IMG/VR virus record: IMGVR_UViG_2929701070_000001
Span: 32,001-96,000 of that record
Length of the DNA stretch: 64,000 nucleotides
From: a virus
Lineage: Duplodnaviria; Caudoviricetes
Strand: one strand, 5' to 3'
The notes under the pieces are model-generated. The model searched no databases and was not told the DNA's origin. It worked only from the letters and a program-made list of their open reading frames with translations. Below are positions 19,623 through 27,587 of the stretch, piece after piece (position 1 is the stretch's first letter; every line of letters begins with the position of its first letter). A program made the position numbers and the translations under genes.

Positions 19623-19663
19623 GTCGGTTACCTCCGGTCGACTGGTTGGGTTGGTTGGTTCGG

Positions 19664-19927
19664 TCAGCAGCAACCGACGTGCCACCCGTGCGGCAGGCTG
19701 ATCGGCGCACCCCCGATGACGGGCGACGGGGCGGACCGCAGGATGTCCATGCCGTTGCCGAACCGCTCGCCGCAGTTCGTGCAGGTCTCGCCCGACGTAG
19801 CCACGCTGTGAACGTAGCCACCCGTAACGCACGGGCAGGCAACCGTGCCGATGTCGCCGCAGTGGTCACACCCGTTGCTGCCGCACGCGTCGCAGATGAA
19901 CCGCTGCTCACACTGTCCGTTCGCCAT
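19664..19927 (-). CDS. Cys-rich Zn-finger protein, first gene of the early array
   Basis: CDACG, CDHCG, CPC, CTNCG; SD GGGGAG. Confidence 0.6.
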   Translation of the reverse strand: MANGQCEQRFICDACGSNGCDHCGDIGTVACPCVTGGYVHSVATSGETCTNCGERFGNGMDILRSAPSPVIGGAPISLPHGWHVGCC

Positions 19928-19972
19928 GCCCGCTCCCCAGATCGTGGCCCGTCGGTGACGGGCGAGGATTGG

Positions 19973-20017
19973 ACGCTAGCACGTCACCCATGACGTCCAC
20001 AACCCGTCACCCATGAC
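19973..20017 (-). promoter_or_regulatory. Promoter with two operator repeats
   Basis: Minus strand TTGTGG-N18-TAGCGT; CGTCACCCATGAC at 19982-19994 and 20005-20017 (first copy within palindrome ACGTCA-CCCA-TGACGT). Confidence 0.6.
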
Positions 20018-20277
20018 ATCTCCGCTCGCCCCTGCCGTGCAGCTCGGCACCCTGCCCACGCACACGCACACGCGACGCGCGCCACGCACACCGCTCGGCG
20101 CACCCGCCCTACACCCACGGGCGGGCACCCCCCGCCCCCCGCCGGCACGCCGCCCGGGACGTTCGGGGCTTAACGCTGTGTACGGGTCTGGGACTTCTCA
20201 ATCGCCGCCTGCTGCTCGCCGCGGTCTTCCTAAGTTGCTGCCAGTTCCTCCTAAGTTGGGAGGACGCGCGGGCGCAT

Positions 20278-20317
20278 GAAGACGCCCCGCCGGCTGCTGC
20301 TTCGGCGGGGCGTCTTC
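20278..20317. terminator. Terminator hairpin for the minus-strand gene block
   Basis: 15-bp perfect stem GAAGACGCCCCGCCG/CGGCGGGGCGTCTTC. Confidence 0.7.
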
Positions 20318-20328
20318 GGTGTCAGGTG

Positions 20329-22745
20329 CTACCGGTATCGGGGGAGCGACCAGGCCAGGAACCACGATGCCGGCCAGGAGGCGATCCACGCGCACGGCCA
20401 GAACGGGTCGGCGTACTGGGTGCCGGGTTCGGTGGCCTCGCTGGTCTGCCAGTAGGTGAGCAGCAGGAGGAACGCGACCGCCCAGATGATCGCGCAGCAG
20501 CAGGCGACGCGGCTCATTGCGCTGGCCAGTACCAGGTGATGAGGCCCCCGCCGGCCGGCTGTGCCCGGTGAAGGTCAATGGTGCTGGTGATCAGGCCGCG
20601 GTGCAGCTCGTGCTCGATGCGGCCGACGCGTGGGGCCACCATCCGCACCGGCACCCCGTCGCTGCCGACGGCGTGGCCGACGATGGTGTGCACGGTCTCG
20701 TTGTCGTACCAGCCCTCCAGGTGGAACTCCCACACGATGAGCAGCTGCGGGACGCGGACCGTTGAGCGGGTGAGCAGGTCCCCGGTGGGGTCGAAGGATG
20801 GCTCGGTCAGCCGCACCTTGCCCTTGCCGGCCCACGCGTACTCCTCGGGCAGCGGCGTGACGGTGTCGGTGGGGACGGGTGCGCCGACCCGGGCGGCGTA
20901 GATGTCGAGGAGGATGCCGGGCGGCTCGAACCGGCCGCCGCACGGGTAGCCGTCGGGCTGGGGCATCCGGCATTCGGCGCCGAACTTGCTGGGCGACCAG
21001 GTGAAGCGACCGCACCGCCCGCACTGTTGGGAGGGGGCGTTGTCGCGCAGGTGCGCGGGCCACGTCGACTGGTCGGTCACTGGTTCGCTCCGTTCAGCCG
21101 GACGACGCCCTGCACGCCGCACAGGTCGCAGGACCGCTCGTCGGGGTTGTTGTCGGGGGTGACGGCGACGCACGTGACGCCGAAGAGTTCCCCGCAGCTG
21201 CACTCGACGGCTGTGCCTCGGAGGTGTGTGTGGTGTGAGCTGTGCGGGTCACGGGCCGTCTGATCGGCTTGTTCGGTGGCAGCCCGTTGGCGTGCCCGCT
21301 GCGCCATGCCTTCCACCCAGGCGTTGTCACTCACCGGGTCATCTCCTCAACGTCGTGCAGGGGGATTAGCCACATCTGGCATGCGGACGGTTGTCCACCG
21401 ACGCGCCGTGCGGTCGCCTTGGCCCAGTTGACCTGGAAGTGCTCTGTGTCGGCCTCGGTGTGCGCCTTCTCGTAGTCGGCGTCACCGTAGTACCAGAGCC
21501 GGCAGCCGCGGCCGTCTTCGCGGAAGCGGATGCCTTCGCGGTCCTCGAATGTGAATGACCAGCCCATGGCCTTCGGTGCCCCGGCGTGGTCGATGTTGTC
21601 CGCGAGGAACCGCAGCCTGCGGGCGAGCCGCTGTCGCAGGGTCACTGGGTTCGGTCCTCTCCGGCTGGTTCGGGCGGTGCCCACCGGCAGTCGTATGGCG
21701 TGCATCCGTGGTGCCCTTCGATGTCGCAGGTGCGCGGCAGCACGACCACCCGTGCCACGTCCTCGAACATGCAGCGGCTGACCGGGAACGGCACCCGGTC
21801 GTCGTCGGCTGTGCCCGGCCCGTGCACGATCCCGCCGGATGCGTACCGGGGCTCGATCTCGCTGTGCTCCGGCTGCTCTACGGTCATGCGTCCTCCAGGA
21901 TGCGGCGGAGGATCCGGTGGCCCTGGTCCACCAGTTCCTCGGGGGTGGGTGGGGTGGCGGCGTGCTCGTGGTCGGCGGGTGGCCAGCCCGACGGCACGTA
22001 CCGCAAGGGGGTACCGCCGAGCGCGCAAATCGCCACCGTGTCGGTCGGTTCGGCGCCACACCACCAGCAGCGCAGCCCATTCACGCTGGCACCCCACGCC
22101 CGGCTCGCGTGCATGTGGGGCAGATTCCGACGGATGCCCGCCACCCGTCTGGGCTGTTCGGCGGCTGCATGGGGTCCGGCACGCTCGACGGCTTCCCGTT
22201 GATGTCGCGCCACTCGTGCCCGCCGAATGGCTGCCCGCACAGCGGGCATGGCAGCCAGAAGAACCCGGCTTGGCGTGCCCACCAGCGGTGCATGGCCCGG
22301 AAACGGTAGGGGACGAGCAGGCGCGGCCACTCCAGCAGTGCGGGGTAGGAGCGGGCGGACCGTCCGGGGCGCAGCCGGAGCCGGATTTCGTGGCGGCTCA
22401 TAGCTGTGGTCCGGGCGTTGACGGGGGCGCGGTCCGCCGGGTTTGAGCTATCAGGTCTACATGCCTGCGGCGGCGTTCCATCGCTTCTTGGGTCAGCCGC
22501 TGCGTCTGGTCGATGCGGCGCATGGCCTCGGACTCGTCGGCGGTGCCGTACAGAACGGTGCGGATCACCCGGACGCGGGTGTCCTCGGGGATGCCTTCGT
22601 TGTCTAGCGCCAGGTCGAGCAGTTCGAGCATGCGCTGCGCCCACTGCATCTGCCAGTGGTACTGCGGGTCGTTCAGCCGCGCCTCACGGGCGTTGGGCAT
22701 CCGCTGGAGGTAGCGGTCGAGCTCGTCACGTACGCGACTGGTCAC
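20329..22745 (-). other. Chain of ~8 translationally coupled small hypothetical genes (20329-20517, 20514-21080, 21077-21334, 21331-21645, 21642-21887, 21884-22084, 22081-22401, 22398-22745)
   Basis: Each start overlaps the previous stop by 4 nt; many CxxC motifs. Confidence 0.65.
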
Positions 22746-23143
22746 GGCCGCCGCCACCTCTCCTGGTAGCCGGGCTTATCGTCGTACGGCAGGGCCATGG
22801 CGCTAAGGATCATCTCCGTGACCGGATCCACGTACCGTTCGACGGCGAACTCCGGCGGACCCGCACTGGAGTCGTGGATGACGCATCGCTGGGAGCGGGC
22901 GCAGGGACACGGGGTGAGGTCGAGCGCGGCGAGGATGCGCCGCTTGGCGTCCAGCTCGGCGAGGCGCTGCTGGCACATCTTCTCCACGTTCGGCCAGTCG
23001 TGCCAGCCGGGGATCTCCTTGCCGAGCAGCCTCGGTTCTTTCAAGGTCAGGACTGTCTGCTGCGCCCAGTAGAGCAGCGTACGGGTGCTCGCCTCGGCGG
23101 CGGTGATCTGCTCGTGGAGCCAGGTTGTCAGGTTGTCGGGCAC
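22742..23143 (-). CDS. DUF6221-like protein
   Basis: L..WL..QI...LAELDAKRRIL...MALPYDDKPGYQERWR. Confidence 0.7.
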   Translation of the reverse strand: MPDNLTTWLHEQITAAEASTRTLLYWAQQTVLTLKEPRLLGKEIPGWHDWPNVEKMCQQRLAELDAKRRILAALDLTPCPCARSQRCVIHDSSAGPPEFAVERYVDPVTEMILSAMALPYDDKPGYQERWRRP

Positions 23144-23496
23144 GGCCGCCACACCTCCCGGTATCCGGGCTGGTCGGCGTACGCCTCCGCCCGCATGCGT
23201 ACCGCCGTCTCCCACGTGTCACGCCGCGCGTCCCAGGCGGGGCCGACGCGTAGAGGGTCGCGGAACAGCAGCCGTTCGTATTCGGCGAGAATCCGCCGGT
23301 CGGCCGCTACCTCCCTAAGCGTCAGCTCCGGGCTGTGCGCCTGCATGTGGTCTGCGACTGCGTCTAGGTCGGATGAGCGGTTGGCGACTTGGTCGGTGAG
23401 TGCCTGCCATTCTCCGGGCCATTCGGCAGCAGCAGCGCGTGCCACCCGCTCGCGGGTATTGAGTACGTGGTGGAGCCAGGGGATGAGTTCGTCCAC
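23128..23496 (-). CDS. DUF6221-like protein (tandem paralogue)
   Basis: DELIPWL...HSPE.TLREVAADRRIL...AYADQPGYREVWRP. Confidence 0.7.
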   Translation of the reverse strand: MDELIPWLHHVLNTRERVARAAAAEWPGEWQALTDQVANRSSDLDAVADHMQAHSPELTLREVAADRRILAEYERLLFRDPLRVGPAWDARRDTWETAVRMRAEAYADQPGYREVWRPCPTT

Positions 23497-23697
23497 CCGC
23501 CCACTATCGCACCTCACGCGCCGGGTGTGACGCGCCGCAGCACGTCGCATGTTGCGTGTTGATCAGCGATGTGTCATCCTTCGCGCAGGGGATCAGTGTC
23601 CCTACGCAACGTCGAGCCTCACACCCGCCACGGTGTGGGGCTTTCGTCGTATCCGGGACCGTGCATCACCACCAGATCGCGCCCGCCACACGTCGGG

Positions 23698-23769
23698 GCA
23701 CTCCCTGCCGCCGGGACGGCAGGTGACTCCGCTGGACTGCTGCCCGTTCAAGTCGGGCCGGGTGCACCA
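23698..23769 (+). tRNA. Degenerate tRNA-like element (anticodon position CCG, Arg-like) with encoded CCA
   Basis: 72 nt; acceptor GCACTC/GGGTGC + ACCA, D stem GCCG/CGGC, perfect T arm GCCCG-TTCAAGT-CGGGC; anticodon stem only 3 bp. Confidence 0.45.
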
Positions 23770-23816
23770 CCTGATCGATAACTGAACCCGCGAGCGGATC
23801 CGAGGAGGTGTGATCG

Positions 23817-24065
23817 GTGAACCGCGACGTCTATCTGTCTCGGGCGGAAGCCGCCACTGTCGCCGGCGTGAAGCCGCGGACGCTGGAGGGCTGGCGCAAC
23901 CGAGGCTGGTCCACCCCCGCCGGCGAGCACCGGGAGTTGACGACCCGGCCGGGCCCGCGCGGGCATCTGCGCTACAAGCTCGGTGACGTCCTCGACGCTG
24001 CCCGCGACACGGCCCAGAATCCGAAAAACCCGGGCCGTGAAGCCCAGGTGCTGGTGCTGGCCTGA
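23817..24065 (+). CDS. MerR-like HTH protein, probable late-gene regulator
   Basis: LSRAEAATVAGVKPRTLEGWRNRG...YKLGDVL; SD GAGGAGG. Confidence 0.7.
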   Translation: MNRDVYLSRAEAATVAGVKPRTLEGWRNRGWSTPAGEHRELTTRPGPRGHLRYKLGDVLDAARDTAQNPKNPGREAQVLVLA

Positions 24066-24376
24066 TGTCCGGGGGATGGGCTGGCAGCACGAGAAAGTCC
24101 ACGCTGCCGGCGAACTGGTACACCGAGATCCGCGCCGCCGTCATCGAACGGGACAAGGGCAAATGCCGGTGGCCGAGACCGAACGGCCGCGGCATCTGCG
24201 GGCACCTGGGCAATCAGGTCGACCACAAAGATGACCCGCTCGATCACCGCCTGAGCAATCTCCAGCTGCTGTGCGAGCGGCACCACAACTTGAAGTCGTC
24301 CAGGCAGGGCAACGAGGCGCGGGCCAAGCTGGTGTCGAACCGTCGGCCGAAGCCACCCCACCCCGGACTGCTGTAG
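24065..24376 (+). CDS. HNH endonuclease (packaging-associated type)
   Basis: RDKGKC...VDHK...HRLSNLQLLCERHHNLKS...HPGL. Confidence 0.85.
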   Translation: MSGGWAGSTRKSTLPANWYTEIRAAVIERDKGKCRWPRPNGRGICGHLGNQVDHKDDPLDHRLSNLQLLCERHHNLKSSRQGNEARAKLVSNRRPKPPHPGLL

Positions 24377-24385
24377 CTGCCGGGG

Positions 24386-24631
24386 GTGGTGCTCGTGGCG
24401 CGAAAGCCTCGACGGCGGAAGGTGTGGCTGCACCGCGGGCTTGCCAGCATGTGGGTGCTCCTCGCCATCCCGGGCACCCTGTGGTGGGCGCAGAGCATCC
24501 TGTTCGTGATCCTGGTCAGCCTGTACGCCAACTTCGCGAGCGAACTCGCCGCCGCAGAGGCCAGCGACGACCGCGATGTGTTGGAGCGGCTGGACCGGAT
24601 CGAGAAGCTGCTCGCTGAGCGGGCAAAGTAG
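24386..24631 (+). CDS. Small membrane protein
   Basis: Two hydrophobic helices then a coiled-coil tail. Confidence 0.6.
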   Translation: MVLVARKPRRRKVWLHRGLASMWVLLAIPGTLWWAQSILFVILVSLYANFASELAAAEASDDRDVLERLDRIEKLLAERAK

Positions 24632-24727
24632 TCGACTGATTGCACTCACCGTGACGGCGCATCGATAACCGTTAGCCCGTCTCCGGGATTTCGCCGACAT
24701 CCCGTCACAGACAGTGAGGTGAGTGCG

Positions 24728-25303
24728 GTGACGACGATCGTGGCGTGCGGCGACGGCAGCACCGTGTGGATGGCCGCCGACTCGGCCACCAACGTGTACG
24801 AACGGCCGATCATCGGCGGGGTACGGAAGCTTCTGCGTCTGCGGGCCGGCGCTGGCTACCAGGTGCTGCTGGGCGTCGCCGGTGCTGGCGGCCTCCCGGG
24901 CTGCCTCGCCGCCAACTTGAAGATCGATGCGGTGCCGCTGCCCGGTGAAGACGTGCACGCGTGGGCGCACGCCATCGCCTGCGCGATCACCGAGATCGCC
25001 GACGACGCCGGCCTGATGGAAGACGGCGCGCTCGACGGAAGTGTGCTGCTCGGCTGGGGCGGCCGTCTGTGGACGGTAAGCCAGTCGTGTGCCTGCGCGC
25101 ACCCGGACGGTCGGGCCGCGATCGGCTCCGGCGAAGGCCCCGCGATCGGCGCTCTCGACGTGCTCCTAGACCAGGGCACCGAACCGGCCGTCGCGGTCAC
25201 GCGGGCCGCCCAGGTCGGCATCACCCGCGACCGCTACTCCGGCGGACCCGTGCAGGTTGAGCGATTGGCGGGCCCTGACGAACCTGATGAGGGTGACCGG
25301 TGA
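24728..25303 (+). CDS. Ntn-hydrolase, HslV/proteasome-beta-like peptidase
   Basis: N-terminal TTIVA, MAADS, GVAG, AIGSG..AIGAL, D.YSGG. Confidence 0.75.
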   Translation: MTTIVACGDGSTVWMAADSATNVYERPIIGGVRKLLRLRAGAGYQVLLGVAGAGGLPGCLAANLKIDAVPLPGEDVHAWAHAIACAITEIADDAGLMEDGALDGSVLLGWGGRLWTVSQSCACAHPDGRAAIGSGEGPAIGALDVLLDQGTEPAVAVTRAAQVGITRDRYSGGPVQVERLAGPDEPDEGDR

Positions 25304-25464
25304 GCGAGCAGCCGTACAACAACGGCGGGTGCCTTCCACCGCCGCAGCCGATCCGCATGCGCCTGCACCCCGACGAATGCGTGGTCCGATTCGAGGATGA
25401 CCGGGCGGTGTGCGTGCGCGCCGACCACCAGGACCGCACCTGCTCCCGCCGCCCCACCGACTGA
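25300..25464 (+). CDS. 54-aa protein (not in the ORF track)
   Basis: GTGA-coupled; MSEQPYNNGGCLPP...LHPDECVV...C...H...C. Confidence 0.5.
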   Translation: MSEQPYNNGGCLPPPQPIRMRLHPDECVVRFEDDRAVCVRADHQDRTCSRRPTD

Positions 25465-25625
25465 CTGTCTGGTTCCTCGCGCGGCCGGCGTGCTGCGACA
25501 CCCGAGCCCATACGGAGGCTGTGACCTTCGTGTGCTGCGGGAAACCGAGGATGTGCCCTCGGCGGTGACCCGACCCACCCCGGGATGGGACGGCGCCGCA
25601 CCGGCCGCGCGAGCAACCAGACAGT
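25464..25625 (+). ncRNA. Candidate structured RNA (162 nt)
   Basis: Terminal stems of 11 bp + 13 bp separated by one C/C mismatch; internal hairpin CCGAGG/CCTCGG. Confidence 0.4.
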
Positions 25626-25708
25626 AGAGACAACGGTCGTGACATGAGCTATCCGATAGCCATCCGGCATGCCACAGCGCATGCCATGGCCGTTGCCATC
25701 CGCGACAG

Positions 25709-26023
25709 GTGGTGACCACGCTGACCTCGCCCACCCCCAGCCGCAGGCCCTGCACCATCCTCGTCGCGCTCAACGAAGCCGACGCCACCTGGTGGCAGTT
25801 CGTCACCGACCCCGACCACGTGTACCTCACCCAACGCCCCGCCCCACAGGACACCGGGTTGCAGCCGACAGCCGTGCACATCACCCCCGACGCCCGCCGC
25901 GGCGACCACTACCGGCCCGTCATGGACCTCGTGCACCGGCAGCTCGCCGCCATGCGCCCCCACCAGCGACCGCCCATCAACCGGCTGGACGAGCATCCGG
26001 GGCGAGGGGAGAAGCCGCAGTGA
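25709..26023 (+). CDS. Hypothetical protein
   Basis: Similar to the C-terminal half of the next gene (LVALNE.DA..W; V.ITP.A..G..Y..M..VHR.L). Confidence 0.6.
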   Translation: MVTTLTSPTPSRRPCTILVALNEADATWWQFVTDPDHVYLTQRPAPQDTGLQPTAVHITPDARRGDHYRPVMDLVHRQLAAMRPHQRPPINRLDEHPGRGEKPQ

Positions 26024-26529
26024 GCCGCACACCCAGCCCCGCCGACCAGCGCTGCAACCTCAACCCGGATGTGGTGGACGCCCTCGCCGACCAGTTGCAC
26101 ACCCTCAACTGCACTCCACTTATCGGCGCCGCCGCAAAGTTCACCCCGCAGCATCGCGACAACGACCTCGCGCAGGCACGGTTCCTGCTCCAAGGACTCC
26201 GCGGCACCGGCTGGGAACTCACCCGCGCACCCAAGCCGGACGGAGAGCAGCCCCATCGCTGCGCTCTCTTGGTGGCGCTGAACGAGGACGACGCCAAGTA
26301 CTGGCGGCACGCAGGCGGCACCCGACGGGCGGCCCTCACCCACGGCAACAGCCCACTCCGCAGCGTTGAAGGACTCAGGGTGACCGATGTGTACATCACC
26401 CCACGCGCCGCCGAAGGCGAACGGTACGAACGGATCATGGGCACGGTGCACCGGAGCCTGCGGCTGATGAACGTCGACCCGAGCACCGCCATCAACTACC
26501 TGCACGAGCAGCCGGAAGGCGGGCAGTAG
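26020..26529 (+). CDS. Hypothetical protein
   Basis: GTGA-coupled; shares a domain with the upstream gene. Confidence 0.6.
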   Translation: MSRTPSPADQRCNLNPDVVDALADQLHTLNCTPLIGAAAKFTPQHRDNDLAQARFLLQGLRGTGWELTRAPKPDGEQPHRCALLVALNEDDAKYWRHAGGTRRAALTHGNSPLRSVEGLRVTDVYITPRAAEGERYERIMGTVHRSLRLMNVDPSTAINYLHEQPEGGQ

Positions 26530-26531
26530 CG

Positions 26532-26885
26532 GTGGCAGTCGAAGACGGCAAGAGGTACAGCCCACTCGACCGCGACAGCGTTCACGCCGACATGGCCGAC
26601 GACCCCATCACCACCCGCCGCAACCTCGACCGGCAGCCCGCTGTAGCCGCCGCCCACGACGGGTGCGCCGACTGCGCGACACTTCTGCCACCGCAGGCAC
26701 CCAACCGAGTCGGGAAGATCCAGCTCACCCTCCAAGAAGTATCCGACACGTTCGGCCTTCCGGCCGGCGCGCGAGCACTGCGCATGTACGTGCAGGACGA
26801 CCCGCACGCCCTCGTCGTCGTCGTGGAATCCGACGACCTGCCGCCCGTCCCCGACGGCGCTGGCACCCCGTATCTGAACCGCTGA
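26532..26885 (+). CDS. Hypothetical protein
   Basis: Operon position; GC3-rich codons. Confidence 0.5.
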   Translation: MAVEDGKRYSPLDRDSVHADMADDPITTRRNLDRQPAVAAAHDGCADCATLLPPQAPNRVGKIQLTLQEVSDTFGLPAGARALRMYVQDDPHALVVVVESDDLPPVPDGAGTPYLNR

Positions 26886-26957
26886 GCATCCCCGCTCACG
26901 GGCGGCCATCCCGGCATGGGGCGCTGCTCGTCTTCCCGACATGGGAGTTGACTCGTC

Positions 26958-27473
26958 ATGGCTGGACGCGGCCCCGCGCCGAAGGACCCGAGCAAGCGGG
27001 CACGACGCAACAGTGACCCCGTGCCCACCACCGTCATCGACTTCACCAAGGGTGAGCAGCCGGAACTGCCGGCGGACTACCCGTGGCCGGAGCAGACCCG
27101 CGCCTGGTGGCGGATGTGGGCAGAGTCTCCGCAGGCCGAGCATTTCATGCAAACCGACTGGGACTTCCTGCTCGACACTGCGATGGTGCACGCCGAGCTG
27201 TGGGCCGGAAACATCGGCGCTGCGGCTGAGCTGCGGCTGCGGGTGGCGAAGTTCGGCGCGACGCCGGAGGACCGGGCGAGGTTGCGGATTCAGTTCGCCG
27301 AGGCGGACGAGCGGGACGGCGCGCGGCCGGCGGGCAGCACCGCGAAGGAGCGGTACGGGAACCTGCGGCCGGTGGCCAGCGGCGAGGGCGGCGGCGCGAC
27401 GGTAGTGCCGATCAAGTCGGCCCCGGCGAGGAAGGCGGCGGCACCTCGGCGGCGCACCCAGGCGGACAAGTAA
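26958..27473 (+). CDS. terS: Terminase small subunit
   Basis: MAGRGPAPK...W.ESPQA..F..TDW.FL.DTA...AELRLRVAKFGATPEDRARLR actinophage signature. Confidence 0.9.
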   Translation: MAGRGPAPKDPSKRARRNSDPVPTTVIDFTKGEQPELPADYPWPEQTRAWWRMWAESPQAEHFMQTDWDFLLDTAMVHAELWAGNIGAAAELRLRVAKFGATPEDRARLRIQFAEADERDGARPAGSTAKERYGNLRPVASGEGGGATVVPIKSAPARKAAAPRRRTQADK

Positions 27474-27587
27474 TCACGGCAACGAGCTGCGGGAACGCTC
27501 GCTTCGTCTCCACATGAGACAATAAAAACGTAAGCCCCGGCGGGTGCTGGTAACACCCCCGGGAGTGGCCGACTGGTTGGAGTCGAC

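Noticed and set aside
9921-19665. GGTTG-rich repeats as CRISPR, telomeric repeats or iterons
   Set aside because: They are degenerate, always directly upstream of an SD and start codon, and separated by whole genes
23742-23769. tRNA 3' end as an attL/attR prophage boundary
   Set aside because: No second copy and no integrase in the window, and phage-like genes lie on both sides; cannot be excluded without the flanks
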